Positions 53,035 through 64,000 of a stretch of 64,000 nucleotides of DNA are shown piece by piece. The DNA comes from Octopus bimaculoides (Eukaryota). The notes under the pieces were generated by a model that did not search any database, had not been told where the DNA came from, and saw nothing but the letters and a program-made list of their open reading frames with translations. Within the stretch, counting starts at the first letter, position 1. Each line of letters opens with the position of its first letter. The DNA is taken from assembly GCF_001194135.2 (NCBI RefSeq), contig NC_068984.1, positions 123,282,416 to 123,346,415 on the forward strand. Direction: 5' to 3'. Position numbers and translations under genes: made by a program.

Positions 53035-54228
53035 CATCGATTGTATAAAACAGAAATATGAAGCTGAAAACTGAAATGTTAAGCCAGAGTAGTGGGGGTG
53101 GGGGTGGGGGCAGATTGCGTTCACTGGTAAACGATCTAACCTTTGAATATTATCTACCATTTGTCATTCAGTCAGTGACTTGAAAAAAATCACTCCGGAG
53201 CAAATCTTTTCGCTTGATTATCTACACAAACGAGAATGAAAGCATAACAAATAAATTAACTGTATCAAAACCCCAACATGGCCGCAGTCCAATGACAGAA
53301 ACAAGTAAAAGATAAAAACTATAAAAAGTGAGACTTCGAGTGCAGATAAAAACGAGCAACGTTCGGCGTGGAGAGTGAACCGCGATTCAGAATCCACACT
53401 GTTTTAGGGAACAAAAGTGTAGTGAATATAAGCATTGATTAAGTGTTAAGCGTTGTAATTCACCTGACGAGTGTGAATTCTTTTCCAGAGTCAGTCAATC
53501 AAAATTTAAACGCTGATTCTAATGAACGAGCAAGCGACCTATGGATAACGGAATGAGAACAATTCACTCTCGTGTGTTTTATAAACGGTTTGGTTCGAAA
53601 TTCCAAGAACGGTACCAACTATGACAGATTTCTGAAAAAGGCTGAGAGTGTAACGAGCGAAACATTGTAACTAAACCAAGACGAAGACATTTGTCCGAAT
53701 AGATCGGTGTATAAGAATGAACATTCCTCGTCTCAGAAAATCGAGCAAAAATTCTTGAACCAATAATTGTATTTCTTATGTATCATCATGTTAATTTAGC
53801 ATGGCAAGTTCACTAAACAAGCCAACCGTGCTAATCGGTCTCACAGTGTATCACTAAATATTTAAATGCCTTCCTCAATAAACACTTTATATTAAGGCGT
53901 TGACAACACTTTATATTAACGCGTTGACAAAGCTATAAGTTGTCTGGGTGCATTGCTGAAACAACAATCAGCTAATGAAAGTGATGTTGGCATCATCGAT
54001 TGTATAAAACAGAAATATGAAGTTGAAAACTGAAATTTTAAGCCAGAGTAGTGGGGTGGGGGTGGGGGCAGATTGCGTTCACTGGTAAACGATCTAACCT
54101 TTGAATATTATCTACCATTTGTCATTCAGTCAGTGACTTGAAAAAAATCACTCCGGAGCAAATCTTTTCGCTTGATTATCTACACAAATGAGAATGAAAG
54201 CATAACAAATAAATTAACTGTATCAAAA
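53035..54228. repeat. 236-bp local direct duplication (53035-53270 and 53994-54228)
   Basis: The two copies differ by 3 substitutions and 1 G indel. Confidence 0.95.
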
Positions 54229-54569
54229 TCATTGCAGCAGACACTGTTGACAACGTTCAATTCAGAAGTCCATACACTGACTGAAGCTAGTTCTGTTGTG
54301 TCATAAAATATTTTTCGTGCTGTGAAGGTACGTGGCCTGTATGTTAGAATGTTCTGCTTATAATCATCAGGTCATAGGTTTGATTCATGGAACAGGCGGC
54401 GTGTTGTGTTTTTGAGCAAATTAATTAGTTTCACGTTGATACAGTCTACTCAATTGTAATGAGTACCAGTCGAGAATAAATGCCTTTCTCTCTCCCTACC
54501 GCTCTCTCTCCTTTCTTCTCTCGTACTCTTTTCCTCTCTCGTACTCTTTTCCTCTTTCTCCTCTCTGTC

Positions 54570-54691
<122 letters not shown>

Positions 54692-54699
54692 CTTTTTTC

Positions 54700-56460
54700 C
54701 GATGGTGAATTTGCTAAGACGAATACAGCTGATGTTGGTGCCGTATCAGATCGAAAAACATAAAACTTCATTGACTAAATTGCAAAAACATTAGTTTCAG
54801 TTCACACTAGCAAGATGAGAGCAAACGCAAAATATTTTAAATGATTCATTTGCATTCGGCTAAGCTCTTGACATCTCTGTAGGCATAAAAGAAAATTCTC
54901 AACTGATTGTTTTTGTTCGGTATATATTGTTTCTGATGTAACTGTCCTAGAAGAGATGTTAGACTTTGTGATGTCAAAAGAAACATTTGTGACGTTGATA
55001 TTAAAAATAAAAATAATAAATAAATGCGCCCTTCTAAAGCCTAGCCAGGCTCATGGGCCCAGTTTTCCGGTTTCTATGGAGTATGTGTTTCCTAGCTGGA
55101 CGGGACGCCAGTCCATCGCGGCGTTACTCATTTTTGCCAGCTGAGTGGACTGGAGCAACATGAAATGAAGTGATTTGCTCAAGAACACAACGCGCCGTCC
55201 GGTCCAGGAATCGAAACCACAATCTTACGGTCATGATACTGAGACCCTAACCACTAAGCCACGCGCCCCCACGATATTAAAAATACACTTAACAAAGCCT
55301 TAAAGAATGTTGACGTGCCACTGAACAAACAAACACATCAGTGTTGCAACAAATGGAACACATGCAACTGCAATGGTATTGAAAATGAAAAATGAGTTGC
55401 ACTTATAAAAAGGTATTCCCCGCTTTGCAAAATTTCTCCCGGTTGGTTGCATTATTCATTACTAATAACTGGCAATCATTTATTTCAAGTGTAAAGGTTT
55501 TATGAAATTTGTCCTTCAAATATTAAATTTCTTATGATTAACTGGAAATACCCAGCAACATAAAAGAAATGTTTACAAAGTAACTGGAGCTTGAAGACAG
55601 TGAAGCTCTTTCAACTTCATTGTGTGGGGGTTGTCAACCAGCAATGTTCTGAGCAGTTTTGTGTATCTGTTAAAAGCATTTTATTACTTTTCTTACATAG
55701 AATAAAAAGACACTGTCTTTAATTGCAATCTGATGTTCCTTACTGAAAAAAATCAGTCGTCTAGGAACTCTCAATTTTGCACTTCAGAAAAAGATTATTT
55801 CCGATCTTACTCAAATAATCTTCAGCTTTCAAAATAATTTTTAATTTCCACATACGGTCAACAATTTTGAATAGAGGGTATTAGTAGATGTCATCGATTT
55901 CAGTACTTCTATTGTACTTTATTTTAACGATCCTGAAGGGATGAAAGGCAAAGTTGACATCGGCGGAATATGAACTCAGAACGTAAAAGTCGAAAAAGAA
56001 ATACTGCAAAGCATTTTGTCGGACGTTCTATCGGTTCGGCCAGCTCGCCGCTCTTTTCAGCTTTCAGAATAACAGAAGAGTTTCAAAGAGACATAATTGT
56101 CAAGAAACATCATTCTTCTCTCCAGCTTCAATAAAAGAATAAATACATTCCTTGACACTGAAATAGAAAACCCCAAACAGGAAGACTGTGAAGATAAAAC
56201 AGAAGGCCTGCATGATAACTTCCTAACTAGGTTTGATGGCTTACAGAAGTCGAAAAATCCTTCCTTCTAATTTCATTCAAAGATAATTATAATTATCCGA
56301 TTCTTGAAGCTCTTGTTTTAAAATCCTCTGTTGTAGAAATAAAGCTAATGGAATTGCAAGAGAACCTGGGTCTAAAGATAATACATAAATCTTAATTTAA
56401 AACTGAGCTCTCGAAAGAAGTTCTAGGAATGAAATATCGCGAATTGGAGAAAACTGGTGT
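54700..56460 (+). pseudogene. Fragmented hAT/Charlie (GTF2IRD2-like) transposase, interrupted by two SINEs
   Basis: DGEF..., ALD.S..I.E.SQLIVFVRY...V.EEMLDFV..KET, V(P)LNK..SVAT, F(L)PV.CIIH, and LHDNFLTRF...ELQE.L.LK..HKS...KY.EL, with many stops and frameshifts. Confidence 0.75.
55010..55272 (-). mobile_element. SINE family C, tail type 2, inserted in the hAT remnant with a 13-bp TSD
   Basis: TSD GATATTAAAAATA at 54997-55009 and 55273-55285. A related middle-deleted copy lies at about 20556-20737(-). Confidence 0.85.
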
Positions 56461-57085
56461 GTAACACACCATTTGACCTCTTACCTTTTACTTGTTTCTG
56501 TCATTTGGCTGCGACCATGCTGGGACACCACTTTGAAGGGTTTTAGTCTAACGAATCGACCTCAGTATTTATTTTTTTAAAGCCTGGTACTTATTCTATC
56601 AGACTCTTTTGCCGAATTGCTTAGTTAGGGGGGAACTAAACAGACTAACACCGGTGTTCAAGCGGTGGTGGAGAACAAACACAGATGCATAAATAAATAT
56701 ATATAATATGACGGGCTTCTTTCAGTTTCCATCAACCAATTCCACTCACAAGGCTTTGGTCGACCCCAGGCTATAGTAGAAGACGCCCACCCAAGCTCGG
56801 AGCTAATTCGCACAGCCTTGGGTCGGAAGTGCGAGGGTGGAGGAGACAGATGACCAACTACTTCTGAGAAAAAAGAGGCCATAATAGTAGTGGTAGAAAA
56901 GATTCTTAATAGAAGTTCATAATGTTTGTAGTGCCAAAGGCGGTGACTGAGCAGAGTCATTAAAACGCTGAGCAAAAGGGTTAGCGGCAGCTTGCCCCTC
57001 TTTATGTTCTAAGTTCAAATTCCTCCGCGTTCGACTTTGCCTTTCATCCTTTCGAGGTCGATAAAATAACTACCAGTGAAGCACT

Positions 57086-57469
57086 CTCTATGGCACTCCG
57101 TCGCTTACGACGTTGAGGGTTCCAGTTGATCCGATCAACGGAACAGCCTGCTCGTGAAATTAACGTGCAAGTGGCTGAGCACTCCACAGACACGTGTACT
57201 CTTAACGTAGTTCTCGGGGATATTCAGCGTGACACAGAGTGACAAGGCTGACCCTTTGAATTACAGGCACAACAGAAACAGGAAGTAAGAGTGAGAGAAA
57301 GTTGTGGTGGAAGAGTACAGCAGGGTTCGCCACCATCCCCTGCCGGAGCCTCGTGGAGCTTTAGGTGTTTTCGCTCAATAAACATTCACAACGCCCGGTC
57401 TGGGAATCGAAACCGCGATCCTATGACCGCGAGTCCGCTGCCCTAACCACTGGGCCATTGCGCCTCCAC
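57086..57469 (-). mobile_element. SINE family C variant (different middle, tail type 3) nested in a family A SINE
   Basis: 12-bp TSD CAGTGAAGCACT (57074-57085) and CAGTCAAGCACT (57470-57481). The host core resumes after the insertion. Confidence 0.85.
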
Positions 57470-57848
57470 CAGTCAAGCACTACGGTTGATGTAACCAACT
57501 TAGTCCCCGCCCACAAACCTGCTGGCCTTATGCCAAAGTTTAAAGCCAATATTTGTAATGTCTACAATCATTAGCACGTTGGGCAAACTGTTTAGCAGCA
57601 TTTCTTCTGGCTTTACGTTCTGAGTTCAAATTCCGCCAGGGTTGACTTTGACTTTTTTCCTTTCGAGGTCGATAAAATGAGTACTATTTGAATACTGGGG
57701 TCGATAAAATAAGTACCAGTTGAGCACTGGGTCAATGTAATCGTTTAGCCCTGTTTCCTCTAAATGTCAGGCTTTGTGCTTATTCTAAAAAGAAATGTTT
57801 GTAGTGCCTGAGTATACATTTACGTATTTACACTCTGAGCAGTACACT

Positions 57849-57886
<38 letters not shown>

Positions 57887-57961
57887 TGAAATGTGGTTTA
57901 TTGATTGTTGCTGTACGTCAACATTCTTTGAAGCGGTTATTTGCGTATACTTTTACATACA

Positions 57962-58007
<46 letters not shown>

Positions 58008-58237
58008 GTATACATGCATATGTTTAAGGGTTTATATCGATGTGTGCACATATATGATTTCAGACGCTTGGTATATAAGACTGAGAACTCTCACACACAT
58101 GCACATAGAAGGTTAGGCCGTAACTGAAAATTTTTCACACACACACACATTATGTATGTTATGTGTTCATGTGCATATGCATGCATGAATGTACATATAC
58201 ATACATACATACATACAAACATACATACATACATACA

Positions 58238-58284
<47 letters not shown>

Positions 58285-58852
58285 CATGTATGTATGTCAG
58301 GTCACTCGTGAGGACTACTGGCAACATGGAGTCCAATAAAACCTGTTGCATGGTTGAGTGGTCGGTAACTAAACTGGCATTCCCACTAGGGTTGCTTGCC
58401 GAGAAGGGCTGCTACATACTCAACAAGACTAAAAGCAAGATCATCAGAAATTCCGAGTTAATGTCCGGCGTGCTGATACACCTCAATTTTTGTTAAAGCA
58501 TGTCTCTAGAAGGTTAGTCTGATATAAAACCTAACCAGATATGTAGGGAATGGAATCGAACATTTCGGGGGTCTTTTACTTGCGCTTGAGATTATAGCGC
58601 TCACACATTCCTGAGCCTGCGACTCATTTTGGCACTGGACATGTTACCCTAGCTTGTCTCTAGATCATTTCAGTAGTGTGCAAAGTGTTTGTGAGCTGCT
58701 GTGCAAGTTTTGTTAGACCTATCAGCTTAGGTTGTGCAATCGCTGGCGCGACGACTATCCTGTGCCCGGTCATTGCTGGCATTTTGCGTGGGCAACGGTC
58801 AGTGATGGTCTTCTTCGATCACAAGTGGACAATCATCATTATCTTCATCATC

Positions 58853-58885
<33 letters not shown>

Positions 58886-59244
58886 TGTATGTATGTATGT
58901 ATGTATTATGTATGTTTACATGATGTCTCCACCGAAATGTGTATACACACCTTAACAGCTGATAACTACCTTTTCATTTCTTTTAAAATTTAAACCATAA
59001 TATATAATGGTTTCAAATTTTGGCTCAAGGCCAGAAATTTTGGGGATGGGGTTAAGTCGAATAAATCGACCCCAGTGCTCAACTGGTACTTATTTTATCG
59101 ACTCCGAAAGGATGAGAGACAAAGTCAATCCAGGCGTCATTTTAACGCAGAATATAAAGACGAACGAAGGCATTTTTCCTGGTGTGCTAACGATTCTGCC
59201 AGCTCGCCGCCTTAAAACTATTAGAAATAGTGAAGGGAGACCAG

Positions 59245-59555
59245 ACTAAGCTAATACATATTTATCGAAAGTGCTACCAAAAGTTTGAAAATTCAGCTGA
59301 TGTACAAACAGTGTAGGAGGAAATTTAAAGCAGATCCATCTACGCGAACTACTGTCACTCGGATTAGAGATAAGTATGAAGCAGATAGAACTGTTCAGAA
59401 TGTCCAAATGGAACCAAATTGGAGACCGCGAATATCAACGATCTCCACAAAGCCAAAAAGGGTACTGGAAACGTATTGTCTACGTTCAAGAAAATCTGTG
59501 CGGTGAGTCGTGAGAGGGAAATTTTACAAGCAAACGTCCATCACATTTTGAAATA
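59245..59555 (+). pseudogene. Tc1/mariner N-terminal HTH remnant (DUF4817-like, rosa/DD41D-type)
   Basis: RRKFKADPSTRTTVTRIRDKYEADRTVQNV...RPRIS...VLETY..RS.KSVR. Confidence 0.6.
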
Positions 59556-60639
59556 CTGGGATTGGAAGTGTTTTCATTGCAAAGACGATGCAGTGTGATT
59601 TGAAGATATGGCTGCTATTCTTACATTAAACATAGTGAGTGATTGCATAGCAGCCCCATAATTGGTTCGGCATTTAAAAAAAGTATAGGCGCATTTTTTA
59701 ACGTCGGCGCTAAATGACGACGGTGACACATAATATTTATGTATATATGCATATGTATTTGCGCTCTCTTTTCAAGGGTGTGTGCTCCTTTACACTCAGT
59801 GACTGTATAGGAACTATTTCATTCTCAGACACCATCTGCATTAAAAAAAAACCAAGATTTAAGTTTGCGTTAATAGATTTAGTAAGAGAAGCATAAAGTT
59901 AGAAAAAATGTGTGGTGATCAAAAAGCCATATTAGTCAATGACATCGCTATTTCAGCAAGTGGTATGAAGCCTATACTTCATTGACAAGACCATAACAAG
60001 AGCGAAGCATGTCTGAAGTGTTAGACGACGTACTTGGATTAATATTAGTCATTGACTATTTTAATTATTTTAATTATTGCGACTTTTATGGAAGATAAGT
60101 TCCAACAATATATCTCCGTGTGTTTATATTTTTTGCCATATATCGGTCGAGGATGTAAACACCAGCGAAAATTGATGTCACATTTGTTGTCAAAAATGCA
60201 GTGGGCCAATTATAATCTCAGTAGAGAACCAACGATTGGATAATAATCTACGACAAAATTGTTCAACAGAACCGGGAATAAAATATAAGAGAAGTCAGTT
60301 AATGAATACTTGATCTGTCAAACTGATTTCCTCAACTGTAATTCTTCATTATTGGAAATTATGCTGCCAAGGTATTTGCAATAACTCATGTTCGATATAT
60401 ATATATGTGTGTATGTATAATTTGGTTGTTATTCGTTCAATATAATTGCGCTTACAACCTCTCTTTGATGATAACGCTGGGTGGAAATGTACTTCTAGCT
60501 TTCTTTAAACTAATTCATTAACCAAACAAACTAGCTAGCTGCACAAAGAAATCAATAATGACGGCTTGTAGATTGTTTTTATTATGAGTTATCAGTGAAA
60601 GTTATTTACATGGAGTTTCTATAATGAGGTTTACCGTAG

Positions 60640-61690
60640 TTTGTTACAGAGTTGTGTCAGTTAGAAGTAAAATACTGAGACATCTAAGCAGTCATTACCA
60701 GTTATCTGTTATAGGATCGAATAGTGCCAGATTTTACCTATAGCAGTCATGGGAAAGCTGCGGCTTGCATGACTTTCTGAATGGCACGCCTAATTTACCT
60801 TAAGTTTTTTCTTTGTAGTGTGATCCACCTAATGCCGAGCCATGTCTCATGCAGCCCGCTTCTCGAAAAAGCCAATAGGCTTGACAGGCTTGACAGGCTG
60901 ATTAAGGCCCCCAAATCTCCTCGAGCTTCCAGCCAAGGATATAATATTTCTGACTCTGTGATAGGACTTTTGAAAGGGGACTTCTCAAATGAAATCATAT
61001 TGAGCCTTTCTTCATCTAAACACAGTACGGGAGTTGAGCCATGTTAACTGAAATACTGCGACGTCTAAATTTAAATTGGTAGATGCTTATAATAAAGTTG
61101 AACCATACATAACAAAATAGTGAGGGATTTAAACATTCGTTATAAGGAATTTGTTACAGAGTTGAGCCATGCATAATAAAATACTGAGGCATCTAAATAT
61201 TTACCGTGAAGTGTTTGTTGTAGAGTTGAGCTAGGCACAGCAAAGCAGCGATACACCTAAATATTAATTTCAGGGTTTTTTTTTAAAGTTGAGCCACTCA
61301 ATAAAGAGCCTCTATCAAATATTTTTGACATTTTCATAGCCCTTTTTGGGAGGGACGTGGAATAACCTAAATGAAATAGCCAAAGGCCTCTCTTCACGTA
61401 AATCTGGCAAAAGGGTTAAGCCATGCACAATAAAAATAGCGAAACATCTAAACACTCATTATCGGGTGTTTGTAGTAGATTTGAGCGACACAGTAAAATA
61501 CCAACTCATCTTCATATTCATTAGTAAGTGTTTGTTGTAGAGCCAAATATCTGTTGAAGCCAAATATCTGTTGAAGCCAAATATCTGTTGAAGCCAAATA
61601 TCGTCACATCTAGGCATTCGTTACAAGGTATTTGTTACAGAGTTGAATCAGTGGGAAGCTAAATACTGATACATATAAACATTAATTATC
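60640..61690. repeat. Degenerate ~64-bp tandem array containing a perfect 17-bp x3.6 sub-repeat (61541-61602)
   Basis: GAGTTGAGCCA...AAATACTG...CATCTAAA-like units start at 61031, 61095, 61159, 61223, 61286, 61413, 61478 and 61640, with an outlier near 60650. Confidence 0.75.
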
Positions 61691-62003
61691 GATGTCAACC
61701 AGGAATGATCGTTAAAGAATGATAGTACACCTTTGAAGTGTTTCTATTATAACTGGATCAGATCAATAGCTGGAAGTCAGCTTAGTGCTTGACCACACGA
61801 AGAACTCATCGATTTTGTAATACTGACGCTGCTTACAGTTCTTTGGAATCTGCTTCCAGTCAGGTTGACTGGGTTGCTGAGAGCTAACTGTCTTGCTTAT
61901 AGACATAGCATAATGAAGTAAACTACAATATCATATACAAGGTTTGTAACGAAAGTAATGCAAACGTCGGTATAATTTGAAAAATAAAACAAANNNNNNN
62001 NNN

Positions 62004-62034
<31 letters not shown>

Positions 62035-62049
62035 GCTCATTTAAACTGC

Positions 62050-62750
62050 GTGTGTTAGTAGAGTAACTCTTCCTCTATACAAAGATTCCATTGAACCCAT
62101 CTCTGGAATCCTCTTTGTAATAACTCAGGTGTGCATTGTTGTATCCATTTCCTCAAGTCAACTTCCATCTTGTCTCTGTCATCAAATCGTTGTCCTCGAA
62201 GACTACTGACCAGCCCAGTCTGCCGAATGTCCGATTTGTTGCCAAAATGTGTGTGGTAGCGCATTGTCATGGTGAATGTGGATCGTTTTCGGATTCCTGT
62301 TAAGTCTCTTTCTCTTAACGGCTTATATAAGTTTTTTGAGTGTCTCAATGTGCTACTCGCTGTTCCCGATACGGCCATGTCCCAGAAAATTAAAGAGAAT
62401 GACGCCCTTTTCATCCCACAAAATAATCATCCTGACTTTCTGCACCGATCGCTGGCTTTTGAACTTCTTAGGCTTTGGAGGAGTGTGTGACGCCACTGCA
62501 TAGACCGTTCCTTAGTTTTTGGATCATAAAAATATGTTCGCGTTTCATTTCACATCACTAGGTTGGAGAAATGTGTCTTCATCGTTTCAAACGATAATAG
62601 CAAAGATCGGAGTAAGGCTTCAACGCACTTTGCACACACTTCCCATTGCAACCCCAGTCTAGCTGCGCAGCAAGCTCACGGATTGCGCAACTCGTCTGCC
62701 CGCACGAATCGATTCGTCCACACGCTGGTGATTCGTATTTGGCGGTCATA
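62050..62750 (-). pseudogene. Mariner (irritans/mellifera-like) transposase remnant, catalytic region and C-terminus
   Basis: RADRRVAIRELAAQ..., FYDPKTK..SMQW...PPKPKKFKSQRS..KV.MIILWDEKGVILFNFL, and LRGQRFDD...RGFQRWV.W..CIE, spread over several frames. Confidence 0.85.
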
Positions 62751-63062
62751 GTTGATTGTCTCCCTTCGCGTAGTTTGTCTTCAATGCTAGTTTTGTATTT
62801 TTTAAACTTTTTTCATCCATATAAGTATGTGGGCTCTTGTCAGTGCTGTTATCTCCGTAAACAAATTCTAAAGCATTCTGTAGTTGTCAGAAGCTCCTCT
62901 TTCGTCAAAGACTCTGCTAAGAAGTTATTTGCCGGCAGTGAAAGAACAGGAAGAAGATTTACTATAAAGGAAGAGTTACCCTATTGACACGTGCGATTTG
63001 AATAACCTATGTCTATTAATAAAAAATTTATGTCCATTTTCGCATTCCTTTCGGTACAACGT

Positions 63063-63118
<56 letters not shown>

Positions 63119-63467
63119 GTATAAAGCCCGACAGTCTTCCATACAGTTTGCTCGGCTCAAGGCCATAGCAGAAGATACCCAAAGTATCGCACAATGTTGC
63201 TGAAACCGAAATCGCACAAACATGCTTTCCCTTTTACAAAATAGAATAACTTGTATCTCACACCTGAGACGATTTTAACTGAATTATCGATCTCATCACC
63301 AATACAAAAAAACTCCTTTGATGATAAAGTATTCAAAGGTTCAGCTGGTAACACGTGTTTCTACCACAATGGTTATCATCAGTACATAATTACATTACCT
63401 TGTCTCCAGCAGAAGATGTATTCAGTCATACACAGAAAGAATAGAGCATATTTATAACATAGGTAAG

Positions 63468-63501
<34 letters not shown>

Positions 63502-63803
63502 CACGGAGAGAGAACGTTAAAAGAGTATATGAAAAATATTGTTCAATTCCATTAAATTTAAGCCTATATATATATATATATTAATTGACGATTCCCTGCC
63601 CTTATNNNNNNNNNNNNNNNNNNNNNNNNNNNNNNNNNNNNNNNNNNNNNNNNNNNNNNNNNNNNNNNNNNNNNNNNNNNNNNNNNNNNNNNNNNNNNNN
63701 NNNNNNNNNNNNNNNNNNNNNNNNNNNNNNNNNNNNNNNNNNNNNNNNNNNNNNNNNNNNNNNNNNNNNNNNNNNNNNNNNNNNNNNNNNNNNNNNNNNN
63801 NNN

Positions 63804-63837
<34 letters not shown>

Positions 63838-64000
63838 AAAATAAGACAAGGTACAAAATGCTAAAATAATTTTATAAAATTAATTTAGCATTTTCTACCT
63901 TGTCTTATTTTCCTTATACACATCAACTCGTGTGTTACTTTTCTACCTTCTGCACACACACACACACACACACAAACACACACACCTTATAAAAGAAAAT

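Noticed and set aside
61031-61690. CRISPR-like reading of the 64-bp array
   Set aside because: Eukaryotic context, repeats far too degenerate, linkers related to each other, and no cas genes.
63157-63354. Minus-strand ORF with kinase-like KACLCDFGFSN
   Set aside because: No HRD catalytic loop at the required spacing and no APE motif before the stop; likely a chance match unless BLASTX shows otherwise.

Overview
AT-rich, microsatellite- and SINE-dense eukaryotic genomic DNA with N gaps. The repeat families suggest a coleoid cephalopod, most likely Octopus (inference). Two host genes can be supported. (1) The terminal coding exon of a TTC7 (TTC7A/B, Ypp1-like) gene lies on + at 1865-1997; it is absent from the supplied ORF track because it is a spliced exon. 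(2) A complete five-coding-exon calmodulin gene lies on - at 36039-34662 and splices to a 149-aa canonical invertebrate CaM. The two genes are convergent (tail-to-tail), the same arrangement as human TTC7B-CALM1 and TTC7A-(STPG4)-CALM2. This apparent ancient microsynteny is the strongest finding in the window. A promoter-like module (RFX half-site, inverted CCAAT, YY1/Kozak ATG, GTGAGT donor) at about 45000-45121 may start a third, divergent gene, but no downstream exon could be identified. The rest is transposon debris: at least four SINE-like families, mariner/Tc1/maT and hAT remnants, MITEs with intact TIRs/TSDs, and RTE, CR1/Jockey-like and Hero-like LINE ends. Several micro-rearrangements can be read directly from the sequence: a template-switch 33-bp perfect hairpin, a 236-bp templated insertion, and nested insertions with TSDs. 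All family names come from recalled motifs; no database search was run.
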